Assembly (NCBI GenBank): GCA_020845575.1
Contig: JADLFL010000002.1
Coordinates: 25,309-89,308, forward strand
Direction of reading: 5' to 3'
Source: Acidobacteriota bacterium
GTDB taxonomy: Bacteria; Acidobacteriota; Vicinamibacteria; Vicinamibacterales; Vicinamibacteraceae
DNA length: 64,000 nt
Below are positions 36,363 to 46,495 of the stretch, piece after piece. The stretch's first letter is position 1; each line of letters begins with the position of its first letter. A program made the translations under genes and the position numbers. The notes under the pieces are model-generated. The model did not search any database and had not been told where the DNA came from. It saw nothing but the letters and a program-made list of their open reading frames with translations.

Positions 36363-37349
36363 CTACTTCGTCGTGCCCTGGAGTTGCAGCGTGCCGACCT
36401 TCTCGCCGCAGTAGACGTACCCGGTCACGCGCCCGCCTGCGGGCGACAACGACATGTTGCCGCACCCGAACTCGGCCTGCTTCGCAGCGATCGCCGAGGC
36501 ATTGGCCGCCATCTGCTCCATCTCCTTCGTCATGCGCTCGCTCAGTGCCTCCATCTTCTTCTGCAGGGCGTCCATCTCCTTGGAAGACATCTTCAGCATG
36601 ACGTTCGGGTCGCCCATCTTCTCGGCGAGTTCCTGATACTCCTGCATCGCTCCGCCTGTCGGGGCCTGCATGCCGAAGCTCAGCTGCTGGTCCGGTCCGC
36701 CGTCGAGCGAGAGCGTCAACGCCCCCGTCGTGGTCTCGAACGGCGTTGTCGCGCCCGGCTTGAAGTACTCCGCCTTGTAGGCCAGCGACGCCTCCAGTGC
36801 CGTTGTCGTCCACGGCCTGCCTTCGGGCGTGAGCGTGATCTTCCAGCCGTTGGTCCCCGTGAGCGCGAAGGTGGGCGTGGTGTTGATGAGGATGGCGCCG
36901 ACGCGCTTCCAGGCACCGCTCACCGGCGCGTACGCGAACACGCGCGCGTATCCGGGCATTGCAGCACCGGCCGCGATGGCTGCCGTCGCGCTGTACTTGC
37001 CCGCTGTCGTTGATGCGCCGGACAGCGTGACCTGGTCGTGGTCCACGAGGAACGTCGTCTCCGCCGGGAACGTGCCGGAGAACGCGAGGGGGACCGACGC
37101 GCCCGGCGCGGCGAGGGCGGTCTTGCTCAGCGTGACCTGCGGCGTGGGGTATTTCCCGTAGAGCGTCTTGCGGCCGGCGCGCGGGTCGAGCCCCTCCGCC
37201 CGCTGGGCGGCAGTCCACTCCGATCGCAGGCGCTTCATCTCGGCGTCGTACTTCGACGACAACCCTGCGGCCCGCACGAGTGCGCCCGCACACACCATCG
37301 CCAGCATCGTCATCAGCACGCCGCTCGCACGGCGGTTCAATCGCATCAT
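36363..37349 (-). CDS. Secreted hypothetical protein
   Basis: Signal-like N-terminus, beta-rich core, Met/Glu/Lys-rich coiled segment, two C-terminal Cys. Confidence 0.7.
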   Translation of the reverse strand: MMRLNRRASGVLMTMLAMVCAGALVRAAGLSSKYDAEMKRLRSEWTAAQRAEGLDPRAGRKTLYGKYPTPQVTLSKTALAAPGASVPLAFSGTFPAETTFLVDHDQVTLSGASTTAGKYSATAAIAAGAAMPGYARVFAYAPVSGAWKRVGAILINTTPTFALTGTNGWKITLTPEGRPWTTTALEASLAYKAEYFKPGATTPFETTTGALTLSLDGGPDQQLSFGMQAPTGGAMQEYQELAEKMGDPNVMLKMSSKEMDALQKKMEALSERMTKEMEQMAANASAIAAKQAEFGCGNMSLSPAGGRVTGYVYCGEKVGTLQLQGTTK

Positions 37350-37363
37350 CTCGAGTTCCTCCA

Positions 37364-37400
37364 GTCGGCCAACTTCGCCCTCCGGGCTACGGCGGACAGG
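37364..37400. repeat. REP-like element
   Basis: GCCAACTTCGCCCTCCGGGCTACGGCGGACAGG, intergenic, with an internal GCCC-T-C-C-GGGC-type hairpin and a CTAC foot; similar in style to the element at about 31056. Confidence 0.45.
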
Positions 37401-37439
37401 TCGCCCGGCCCGGCACAGTGGAGGGTGGCTGCGCCTGCG

Positions 37440-38741
37440 TCAAACGTGACGAAGCGGAGGGACGGCGGATGCGGCGGGCGAGGCCTGCAGCGTCATCACC
37501 ACGGCCACCCACCACCAGGTGAGTTCCGCGGGGCGTGCCAGCGGGAAGTCCACGATCGCGCACGCGGCGCCGGCGGCGACGGCAGCCGCGGTGCCGGCCA
37601 GGAGCGGCGAGACGGGGCGGGGCGCGCGGACCACCGTCAGGCCCACCAGCGCCAGCGGCAGGCAGAGCGTGAGCAGGCCCGGCACGCCGCGTTCGACGAG
37701 CACTTCGAGGTAGTCGTTGTGCACGTGGTCCGTGAGTCCGGCAAAGCGCGCATCGCGCACGCCGTCGCGCGCGGCCGAGCGCTGCCATTCGGCGAACTTC
37801 AAGGGCACCGCTCCCGGACCGAGCCCGACGATCGGCGCGTCGATGGCATGCCGCGCGACGATGCGCCAGAGATGGAGACGGCCGGCGACAGTCGTGTCGA
37901 GCGGACGGGCGGGTGAGACGAGCACCGCAAGCAGCGCGAACGCGACGACGGCCGCGAGTCCCAGGCGCACGCGGCGCGACCAGCGCAGGGCGGCGTAGAG
38001 CGCCATCGCGGCGGCGAGGCCGAGCACGGCACCGCGCGATCCCGTGGCAACGAGTGCCAGGGCCTGGAGCACGGCCGCTGCCACGTACGGCCATGCGCGT
38101 CGCCAGTCGATGGTCCGCTCGCTAACGGCCGGCGCGAGCAGCCCGGCGGTCAGCGGCAGTGTCGACGCCATCAGCACCCCGACGAAGTTCGGATTGCCGA
38201 GCGTGCCGTAGACGCGCATGCGCACGCTGGCGCCGTCGATCGGCGCGTGCCAGCCGATCACCGCGAACGGATCGAAGCCGCACCACTGCGCGAGCGCGAC
38301 GATGGCGCAGCCCGTGGCACCGAGCACCTGCGCGCGCAGGAGGCGCTCCACGGGCATGTCGTGGCGTGCCAGCGCCCACGCGAACATCGGCGCCGTGATG
38401 GCCAGCGCCATCGCCTCGAACGACGGCAGCGCCGCGGCCATCCCGGACACGAGCACGACGGCCACCCACGCAAGCGTCACGACGACGACGGTCGGCCTGA
38501 CATGCGCGGCAGTCGACGGGCGCACCGCGCCTGCCTGCGCACCGTCGCAGGGACGGCCATTGCTTGCCCCCGCCGCCGCGTCGTGGCGGCGGGGGTGGCC
38601 GCCCTTCAACGGCACGGCCCACAGGGCAACAGTCATGACGACCAGCCACGCCAGCTTCGGGTCCGAGAACGGCTGCTCGAGTCCCGGCCAGACCGCCAGC
38701 GGCAGGATCGCGAGGCTGGCCCGGGTGAGCAGGACGCGCAT
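37440..38741 (-). CDS. O-antigen ligase (Wzy_C/WaaL) family membrane protein
   Basis: YGTLGNPNFVG, ATGSRGAVLG, GLGPG, HVHNDYLEVLVERGVPG. Confidence 0.85.
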   Translation of the reverse strand: MRVLLTRASLAILPLAVWPGLEQPFSDPKLAWLVVMTVALWAVPLKGGHPRRHDAAAGASNGRPCDGAQAGAVRPSTAAHVRPTVVVVTLAWVAVVLVSGMAAALPSFEAMALAITAPMFAWALARHDMPVERLLRAQVLGATGCAIVALAQWCGFDPFAVIGWHAPIDGASVRMRVYGTLGNPNFVGVLMASTLPLTAGLLAPAVSERTIDWRRAWPYVAAAVLQALALVATGSRGAVLGLAAAMALYAALRWSRRVRLGLAAVVAFALLAVLVSPARPLDTTVAGRLHLWRIVARHAIDAPIVGLGPGAVPLKFAEWQRSAARDGVRDARFAGLTDHVHNDYLEVLVERGVPGLLTLCLPLALVGLTVVRAPRPVSPLLAGTAAAVAAGAACAIVDFPLARPAELTWWWVAVVMTLQASPAASAVPPLRHV

Positions 38742-38845
38742 CAGAGCATTGTGGCGCAGGGCCCTCGCGGTGTGACTGCCCGCCGGATGGCCTGCCGCGC
38801 CGGACGTCTCATGTGGTTCTCATCTGTAGTCGTCACAGTGGTGCA

Positions 38846-40114
38846 GTGACGACTGGCCGGACGGCTGCCGCAGTACTCGGGGGCTTGCTCTGCCTGCCCG
38901 GCGCCGCATCAGGCCAGGCAGGTGCGACGGCCGATGCCATTGGTGTCGCTCTGGCAGGCAGCGGGCCACTCACGCTTGCCGAGGCATTGGCGCGCGCGAG
39001 GGCGTACTCGCCCGCGATTCGCGCGGCAGACGCGCATGCCACGTCCGGTGCCGCCGTCGCGGATGCCAGCCGGCGATGGCAGGGTCCGCGTCTCGATCTG
39101 TCTGTCGAGAACCTCGGCGTGCGAGGACTCGACCGGGATGGCTTCGCGTGGATCACGCAGCCGCTCGACATCGGTCCGCGGCGATCCACACGCGTGGCCG
39201 CGGCGCGCGCGTCGCAACAGTGGCTTGCCGCGACAGCCGACGCGAGACGCCGCGAGACGGACGTCGCCGTCATCGACGCCTACCTGACCCTCGTCGAGGT
39301 GCAACAAACGGCAGCGCTGCTCGCCGGGCACGAATCGACGATCGACGAGGCGGTGCAGGTGATGGCCCACCGCGTCCGCGAAGGGGTGGCCCCCGAGGGC
39401 GATCTTCGCAAGCTCGAAGCCGAGGCCGCACGCACGCGTCTCGCGCGCGTCAGGTCCGAGCTCGCGCTGCGGCAGTCGTCGCTCGCATTGGGCGTCCTCA
39501 TCGGACGCGTCGACAGCACGCTCGGCCAGCACGTCGTGCTCCCCGCGCTGCCCCCGCTCGACGACGGACACGCCGATCTCGCGTCTGCCGTCGACCGGCG
39601 TGCCGACATCCGCACAGCCGTCGCACGCGTCGAGGAGCGGCGGGCCCTGGCGTCAGCCGAACGCGCGGCAGGTTCGGCCGCCTTCGCCGCGATGGCTGGC
39701 TACAAGCGCACGTCAGGGTTCAACACGGCCACGGCCGGCGTCTCGATCGATCTCCCGATCGGCGCCCGCAACGCCACGGATCGTCTGCGCGCCGACGCCG
39801 ACGCCTCCGCCGCCGCGTTCGATCTCGAACAGGCGCGCGCTGCGGCTCGTGCCGACATCGAAGGCGCGCTCCTGGCCATGCAGGTGCTCGCGGAAGAGGC
39901 CCGCCGCGTCGACGATACGCTCGTCGCCCCGGCGGTCGACGCCCGCCGCGCGGCACGTGCGGCATTTCGCGAAGGCACTGGCGATGCGCTCACGCTCGTC
40001 GACGCCGACCGCGTGTACCTCGACACGCAGCGCGACGCGCTCGCGGTGCGACTCGACGCCGTGACCGCCAGCATCCGCGCCCGCGTGGCGCTTGGATGGG
40101 ACCCTCTGCCATGA
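38846..40114 (+). CDS. TolC/CzcC family outer-membrane efflux protein
   Basis: LTLAEALARA, two OEP-like helical repeats, first gene of an RND operon; GTG 38846 inferred. Confidence 0.85.
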   Translation: MTTGRTAAAVLGGLLCLPGAASGQAGATADAIGVALAGSGPLTLAEALARARAYSPAIRAADAHATSGAAVADASRRWQGPRLDLSVENLGVRGLDRDGFAWITQPLDIGPRRSTRVAAARASQQWLAATADARRRETDVAVIDAYLTLVEVQQTAALLAGHESTIDEAVQVMAHRVREGVAPEGDLRKLEAEAARTRLARVRSELALRQSSLALGVLIGRVDSTLGQHVVLPALPPLDDGHADLASAVDRRADIRTAVARVEERRALASAERAAGSAAFAAMAGYKRTSGFNTATAGVSIDLPIGARNATDRLRADADASAAAFDLEQARAAARADIEGALLAMQVLAEEARRVDDTLVAPAVDARRAARAAFREGTGDALTLVDADRVYLDTQRDALAVRLDAVTASIRARVALGWDPLP

Positions 40115-41301
40115 CCCGCACCGGCTTCGCGCCCAGACGGCTACTCACCACGATCGCGATTGCCACGAGCGTCGCGTGCTCGTCGACGCACGAACCACGC
40201 GCCACGACGCCGGACGCGCCCACCGAGGGCGTGGCCCTGTCGCCGGCCGGCCAGGCGATGGCCGGTATCGAGACGCAGGAAGTAGAGGTCGAGTCGGCAG
40301 GCCCGACGCTCGAAGCCATCGGCACCGTCACGCTGGACGACACGCGCACCGCACGCATCGGCGCGCTCGTCGAGGGCATCGTCTCACGCACGCAGGTGGA
40401 CGTGGGCGATCGCGTGCGCGGCGGCGCGCTGCTCGCGGGCCTGCACAGCCACGACGTCCACGATGGCTGGGGCGACTACCGCAAGGCGGTGGCCGATCGC
40501 CGGCGCGCGGAACAGGAGCTCGCATTCGCCGACGAGACGCTCGCGCGTACCGAACGGTTGCTGGCCGACAAGGCGGCCTCCGTCATGGAAACGGAACGCG
40601 CGCGCGCATCGCAGGGGGGAGCGCGGCAACAGCTCGTCGCGGCGACCGCAGAAGTGCGGCGCGCACAGGATTCGCTCGAGCACCTCGGGATTCCCGTCGA
40701 TGCCAGCGCGCGATCCGCCGACGAGATTCCGGTGCGCACGCCGCGTGCAGGCGTCGTGCTGGAGCGCCTCGTCACGGCCGGCACCGCCGTCACGCCGGGC
40801 ACCGCGCTCTTCGTCGTGAGCGACACCTCGTCGCTGTGGGTCGTCGCCGAGGTCGACGAGGCCGACATCGGACGCGTCAGCATCGGCTCACCAGTCGAGG
40901 TCGTCGTGGCGGCGTACCCATCGGAGCGATTCGACGCACGCGTCGCGCGCATCGGCGACACCATCAATCCCACCACGCGTCGCGCCATCGTGCGCTGCAC
41001 GGTGACCAACACCGACGGCAGGCTCAAGCCGGGGATGTTCGCGCGCGTGACGATGGCGGGAGCGGGTACGTCGACGCGGGTGCGCGTACCCGTTGATGCC
41101 GTTCAGGATCTCGGCGATCGACGGGTGGTGTTCGTGTCCGACGGTCCTGGCCGGTACACCGCGCGCGACGTGGAGACGGGACCCGAGCGCGACGGACGCA
41201 TCGACGTCCGCCGCGGGCTTGCAGCCGGCGAGAGCGTGGTCACGCGCGGCGCGTTCCTGCTCAAGTCGCAGGTGCTCGGCCCCTCGGCAGGCGAGCCGTG
41301 A
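40111..41301 (+). CDS. RND efflux membrane fusion protein (CzcB/CusB-like)
   Basis: IGALVEGIV, VGDRV, IPVRTPRAGVV, LWVVAEV, LKPGMFA, VPVDAV; ATG 40111. Confidence 0.9.
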   Translation: MTRTGFAPRRLLTTIAIATSVACSSTHEPRATTPDAPTEGVALSPAGQAMAGIETQEVEVESAGPTLEAIGTVTLDDTRTARIGALVEGIVSRTQVDVGDRVRGGALLAGLHSHDVHDGWGDYRKAVADRRRAEQELAFADETLARTERLLADKAASVMETERARASQGGARQQLVAATAEVRRAQDSLEHLGIPVDASARSADEIPVRTPRAGVVLERLVTAGTAVTPGTALFVVSDTSSLWVVAEVDEADIGRVSIGSPVEVVVAAYPSERFDARVARIGDTINPTTRRAIVRCTVTNTDGRLKPGMFARVTMAGAGTSTRVRVPVDAVQDLGDRRVVFVSDGPGRYTARDVETGPERDGRIDVRRGLAAGESVVTRGAFLLKSQVLGPSAGEP

Positions 41302-44300
41302 CGATCGGCCTCGTCGAACGCCTGACGGCGTGGGCGCTCGAGCGCCGCGCCTTCGTGCTGGTGTGCGTCGCGGCACTGGCAGCCACTGGCCTGCTGGCGT
41401 GGCGCGACCTGCCCGTCGAGGCGTTCCCGGACCTCACCAACAACCAGGTCGTGGTGGTGACGCAGACGCCCGAGCTCGCGGCACCGGAAGTCGAGCAGCG
41501 CGTCACCTACCCGATCGAGACGGCGCTCATGGGGACGCCCGGGGCCGAGGAGGTCCGCTCGATCTCCAAGTTCGGGCTGTCGATGGTCACCGTGGTATTC
41601 GACGATTCGGTGCCGGTGTACCTCGCACGCCAGCTCGTCACCGAGCGCGTGAACGAGGCGAGGAGCCGCATCCCTCCCGGCGCGGAACCCACGCTCGGCC
41701 CGGTGGCGACGGCCTTCGGCGAGATCTACCAGTACCTCGTCGAGGGAGACGATGCGTCGGTGATGGCGCGCAAGACGCTGCACGACTGGTCCGTGCGCAA
41801 TCGCCTGCGCGCCGTACGCGGCGTAAGCGAGATCAATTCCTGGGGCGGGCTCACCGAGCAGTATCACGTGATCGTCGATCCGCGGCGCCTGGAACGGTAC
41901 GGCGTAAGTCCGGCGCGCGTGATCGAGGCGCTGGCCGCCAACAACGCGTCGTTCAGCGGCGGCTTCATCGAGCATCGATCCGAGCGGACCACCGTCCGCG
42001 GCGAGGGGCTGCTGACCAGTCACGCCGACGTCGGCGCCGTCGTAGTGTCGGCCGTCGACGGCGTGCCCGTGCTCGTGCGCGACGTCGCCGACGTGCGCTC
42101 AGGCCCGATGCCGCGCCAGGGCGCCGTGACGCGCGACGGCCGCGGCGAGACGGTGGCCGGCATGGTCATCATGCTGAAAGGCGAGAACGGCCGCGACGTC
42201 GGTGCGCGGGCGATGCTCCGTATCGAGGAAATCCAGCAGTCGCTGCCGGCCGGCGTGACGCTGACGCCGTTCTACGACCAGACGGCGGTCATCGATCGCA
42301 CGGCGGCGACGGTGCGGCGGAACCTGCTCGAAGGATCGCTGCTCGTCGTGGCGGTGCTGTTCTTCTTCCTGCGCGACGTCCGCGCGTCGCTCATCGTCGC
42401 CGCCGTCATCCCGCTATCGCTTCTGTGCGGCTTCATCGGCATGCGCATCTTCGGCGTCTCGGCCAACCTCATGTCGCTCGGGGCGATCGACTTCGGCCTC
42501 ATCGTGGATGGTGCCGTGGTGATGATGGAGAACGTCGTCAGGCGCCGCGGCGAGGGCAGGAGTGACAGGTCCGCCGCGATGGAAGTGGCGCGGCCGATCC
42601 TCTTCGGCGTGCTCATCATCATCGCTGTGTATCTGCCGATCTTCACGCTCGAAGGTCTCGAGGGGAAGATGTTCCGCCCGATGGCGATCACCGTGTGCTC
42701 GGCCGTCTTCGGTGCGCTGCTGTTGGCGCTCACGGCAGTGCCCGCCGCCTCGTCGCTCCTGCTGAAGGCCACCGCACACCACGAAGAGCCGGGGTGGTTC
42801 CTGCGCCTGCGCGACAGGTACGTGACATACCTGACCGGCGCGATGCGTCATCGTGCGCGTACGATCGCGGTGGCCGTCGCCACGGCGTCGATCGCGATCG
42901 GATCGCTGTGGTTCATCGGCACCGAGTTCATGCCCCGCCTCGACGAGGGCGCGATCCTGATCGAGACGCGCCGGCTGCCGTCGGTGTCGCTCGAGGAGTC
43001 GGTGGACATCTCGACGCGCGTCGAGCGCGCGGTGCTCGCCTTTCCGGAGGTCTCGCAGGTCGTCACGAAGATCGGTCGCCCCGATCTCGCGACGGAAGCG
43101 ATGGGCATCTACCAGGGCGACGTCTACGTCAACCTGCATCCCGAAGACGAGTGGACGACGGGCAGGGACAAGGCGGGGCTGATCGACGCGCTGGCGGCCT
43201 CGCTCGGCGAGATGCCCGGCCTCGACGTGAACTTCACGCAGCCGATGGCGATGCGCCTCGACGAGGTCGTCTCCGGCGTGAAGGCCGACGTGGCGGTGAA
43301 GATCTTCGGCGACGACGACGCCACGCTCGAACGGCTCGCGGCGCAGGTGCGGAGGGTACTGAGTGAGGTGCGCGGCGTCGCGGATCTCCAGGTGGAGATC
43401 CTGTCTGGCGCGTCGCAGCTCCAGATCGTCATCGACAGGGACGCCATCGCGCGATACGGCCTCGATGTCGCCGCCGTGCAGCAGGTGCTGGCCGTGGCAA
43501 TCGGCGGCCACGAGGCCACCGACGTTCTCGACGGGCCGCGCCGCATCCCCGTCGTCGTGCGCTTCCCCGCAGACACGCGGGCGAACGAGGACGCCATCGC
43601 GGGCCTGATCCTGACGGCACCCGGTGGCGAGAAGGTGCCGCTCTCGCGCGTGGCGCGTCTCACGCGCACGAGCACGCCGGAAGCCATCGCCCACGAAGAC
43701 GGGCAGCGCCGGCTGGTGGTGCAGTGCAACGTCCGCGGCCGCGACATCGGCAGTTTCGTGGCCGACGCGCAGAGCCGGCTTGCGTCGGTCACGCTGCCCG
43801 CCGGATACCATGTCCGCTGGGGCGGACAGTTCGAGAACCAGGCGCGCGCGATGGCGCGGCTGGCGATCGTGGTGCCGCTGTCGCTCGCGATCATCCTCGC
43901 GCTGCTGTACGTCACGTTCCGCACGGCACGCCACGCGCTGCTCATCATCCTCAACGTACCATTCGCGCTCGTGGGCGGCGTGGCGGCGCTGTGGCTGCGG
44001 GGGCTCAATCTGAATCTGTCGGCGTCTGTCGGCTTCATCGCGCTCTTCGGCGTGGCCGTGCTCAACGGCGTGGTCCTGGTCTCGGCCGTCAACCAGCTCA
44101 GGGCCGAGCAGGTGCCGCTGCGCGACGCGATCCTGCGCGGATCGGCGTCGCGACTGAAGGCCGTCCTGATGACGGCTCTCGTGGCGGCGCTCGGCTTCGT
44201 CCCGATGGCGCTCTCGCACGGCGCGGGGGCCGAGGTGCAGCGGCCGCTCGCCTCGGTGGTGATCGGAGGCATCATCACCTCGACGCTGCTCACGCTGATC

Positions 44301-44366
44301 GTGCTGCCAGTCGTGTATGAAATGATCGAGGGTGCGTTCCATGAGACTGCTCGTCGTCGAGGATGA
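41298..44366 (+). CDS. czcA: Heavy-metal efflux RND transporter, divalent-cation (CzcA) type
   Basis: AFPDLTN, SKFGLS, NLMSLGAIDFGLIVDGAVVMMEN (CzcA-type DFG..D..E), FMPRLDEG, AEVQRPLA. Confidence 0.88.
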   Translation: MTIGLVERLTAWALERRAFVLVCVAALAATGLLAWRDLPVEAFPDLTNNQVVVVTQTPELAAPEVEQRVTYPIETALMGTPGAEEVRSISKFGLSMVTVVFDDSVPVYLARQLVTERVNEARSRIPPGAEPTLGPVATAFGEIYQYLVEGDDASVMARKTLHDWSVRNRLRAVRGVSEINSWGGLTEQYHVIVDPRRLERYGVSPARVIEALAANNASFSGGFIEHRSERTTVRGEGLLTSHADVGAVVVSAVDGVPVLVRDVADVRSGPMPRQGAVTRDGRGETVAGMVIMLKGENGRDVGARAMLRIEEIQQSLPAGVTLTPFYDQTAVIDRTAATVRRNLLEGSLLVVAVLFFFLRDVRASLIVAAVIPLSLLCGFIGMRIFGVSANLMSLGAIDFGLIVDGAVVMMENVVRRRGEGRSDRSAAMEVARPILFGVLIIIAVYLPIFTLEGLEGKMFRPMAITVCSAVFGALLLALTAVPAASSLLLKATAHHEEPGWFLRLRDRYVTYLTGAMRHRARTIAVAVATASIAIGSLWFIGTEFMPRLDEGAILIETRRLPSVSLEESVDISTRVERAVLAFPEVSQVVTKIGRPDLATEAMGIYQGDVYVNLHPEDEWTTGRDKAGLIDALAASLGEMPGLDVNFTQPMAMRLDEVVSGVKADVAVKIFGDDDATLERLAAQVRRVLSEVRGVADLQVEILSGASQLQIVIDRDAIARYGLDVAAVQQVLAVAIGGHEATDVLDGPRRIPVVVRFPADTRANEDAIAGLILTAPGGEKVPLSRVARLTRTSTPEAIAHEDGQRRLVVQCNVRGRDIGSFVADAQSRLASVTLPAGYHVRWGGQFENQARAMARLAIVVPLSLAIILALLYVTFRTARHALLIILNVPFALVGGVAALWLRGLNLNLSASVGFIALFGVAVLNGVVLVSAVNQLRAEQVPLRDAILRGSASRLKAVLMTALVAALGFVPMALSHGAGAEVQRPLASVVIGGIITSTLLTLIVLPVVYEMIEGAFHETARRRG

Positions 44367-45021
44367 CCCCACGATCAGCCACTTTCTGGTGAAGGGCCTG
44401 CGCGAGGACCAGCACCTCGTGGACCTGGCCGAGGACGGCGAGACGGCGGAGGCCCGCGCGCTCACCGGCGACTACGACGCGATCCTGCTCGACGTCATGC
44501 TTCCCGTCCATGACGGCTTTGCCGTCTGCCGGCGCCTGCGCGCGCACGGCGTGGACACGCCCATCCTGATGGTGACCGCGCGCGACGCCCTCGACGATCG
44601 GATCCGCGGCCTCGATACCGGCGCCGACGACTATCTCGTCAAGCCGTTCGCGTTCGACGAAGTGGTCGCGCGCCTGCGCGCGCTGACGCGGCGCGGCCGT
44701 ACGCGCAGCCTGTCTGCCGTGCTGGCGGCAGGCGTCATCACGCTCGATCAGGAAGCGCACCAGGTCCGGGTCGCGGGTGCGCCCATCTCGCTGACGGCCA
44801 CCGAATACCGACTGCTGGAGTTCCTCATGCGGCGCGCCGGTACGATCGTGTCGCGCAACCAGCTTGCCGAGCACGTGTGGGGCGGCGACTACGATCCGGG
44901 CTCGAACGTGGCGGACGTCTACGTGGGCTACCTGCGCCGCAAGCTCGCCGGCACGGCGGCAGCCGACCAGATCAGGACGATTCGCGGGCTCGGGTACATG
45001 TTGGCGCGTTCGGAGACCTGA
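44341..45021 (+). CDS. OmpR-family response regulator (CzcR/CusR-like)
   Basis: LLVVEDD, LLDVMLP, GADDYLVKPF, TIRGLGY; ATG 44341. Confidence 0.93.
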   Translation: MRLLVVEDDPTISHFLVKGLREDQHLVDLAEDGETAEARALTGDYDAILLDVMLPVHDGFAVCRRLRAHGVDTPILMVTARDALDDRIRGLDTGADDYLVKPFAFDEVVARLRALTRRGRTRSLSAVLAAGVITLDQEAHQVRVAGAPISLTATEYRLLEFLMRRAGTIVSRNQLAEHVWGGDYDPGSNVADVYVGYLRRKLAGTAAADQIRTIRGLGYMLARSET

Positions 45022-46449
45022 GTGCGCGCGCCGCTGTCTTTCAGGACCCGCCTCACGCTGCGCTGGACCATCGCGTTCGGCCTGCTGCTCGCCTGCGCAA
45101 ACCTTGCGGTGTACCTCGGCGTGCGTACCTACGTGCACCGCGACTTCGATGCCACGCTCCGCACGCTGGCGGGCACCGAGATCGTGTCGTCGACGGACGA
45201 GGACGGCGAGCTCCACCTGCACGACCTCGCGCTCGAGGACCTGATCGGTGGCGACTACACCGACAAGTTCGTGCAGTACTTCTCCCTCGACGGCCGCATC
45301 GCGTTCCAGTCGACGGTGCTCGGCGGCAGGCGCGTGCTCGACGAGGCGGAGTTCGCGCGCGCGCTGGCGGGCGATCACCGCGTCATCACGCTGCGCATCG
45401 GCGACAGGCGCGGACGCGTGGTCACGGCGCTGATCCGCGATGCCTCCACGTCGTACGTCGCGGCGATCGGGCTATTCACCGACGCGCTCGACCTGATGCT
45501 GTCTCGCCTCGCCGCCATCCTCGTCGCCGTGTGGGTCCTCGCGCTCGGCGCCACGGCGTGGATCGGCTTCCTCCTCGCGTCACGCGCGCTCGAACCCATC
45601 GACGCGATCACCGCGCGCGCCGCGCGCATCGCGACGGGCGACATCGACATGCGTCTCGATCCGCCGCACGTGGACGATGAGATCGGGCGAATGACGCGGC
45701 TGCTGAACGAGATGCTCGACAGGCTGCACGCCGTGATCGACAGCCACAAGCGGTTCGCCGCCGACGCGTCGCACGAACTGCGTTCGCCGCTCACGGCGAT
45801 GGCCGGCGAGATCGACGTCGCGTTGCGGCGCGAACGCGACACCGACGACTATCGCGACACGCTGGAGCGCCTGCGCGCGCAGATCGACGGCCTGACGCAG
45901 GTATCCGAGCACCTCATGCTCCTTGCACGCGTCGAGGAGCGCGGAGAGTACGTGGCAGCCGAGGAGGTCTCGCTCGACACGCTCGTCGGCGACGCATGCA
46001 CCAGGGTCGCAGGACTGGCGACCGCGCGCGGCGTCACGATCGCGTCGGACGCGCTCGACGGGTTCGTGGCGTACGGCCAGCCCGGCCTCCTCGCCCGCGT
46101 GATCGACAACCTGTTGTCCAACGCGATCCAGTACAACAGGGACGGCGGGACGGTTCGCATCGCCGCGTTCGACGAGCCCGCGGCCGGCGACGCGTGGGAA
46201 ACGGGCCGGGTGCGCATCGAGGTGTCGGATACGGGGCCTGGTATCCCCGCGGACGAATGGGAGCGCATCTTCGATCGCTTCTACCGCCGCGAACCGTCGC
46301 GATCGCGACGCACGGGCGGCGCGGGGCTCGGCCTGGCCCTGAGCCGCGCCATCACCGCCTGGCACGGCGGCACCCTGCGCGTCCGCGCGTCGGGCGCGCA
46401 GGGGACGACATTCGAACTCGTCCTCCCGGGTCAGCGCGACCAACGGTAG
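45022..46449 (+). CDS. HAMP sensor histidine kinase (heavy-metal sensor type)
   Basis: Two TM helices, HAMP, ADASHELRSPL, NLLSNA, DTGPGI, FDRFYR, GAGLGL. Confidence 0.93.
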   Translation: MRAPLSFRTRLTLRWTIAFGLLLACANLAVYLGVRTYVHRDFDATLRTLAGTEIVSSTDEDGELHLHDLALEDLIGGDYTDKFVQYFSLDGRIAFQSTVLGGRRVLDEAEFARALAGDHRVITLRIGDRRGRVVTALIRDASTSYVAAIGLFTDALDLMLSRLAAILVAVWVLALGATAWIGFLLASRALEPIDAITARAARIATGDIDMRLDPPHVDDEIGRMTRLLNEMLDRLHAVIDSHKRFAADASHELRSPLTAMAGEIDVALRRERDTDDYRDTLERLRAQIDGLTQVSEHLMLLARVEERGEYVAAEEVSLDTLVGDACTRVAGLATARGVTIASDALDGFVAYGQPGLLARVIDNLLSNAIQYNRDGGTVRIAAFDEPAAGDAWETGRVRIEVSDTGPGIPADEWERIFDRFYRREPSRSRRTGGAGLGLALSRAITAWHGGTLRVRASGAQGTTFELVLPGQRDQR

Positions 46450-46495
46450 GGGCGGCGCATCTGTGTCAGACTTCGCGACAACCCCGGAGGATCAC

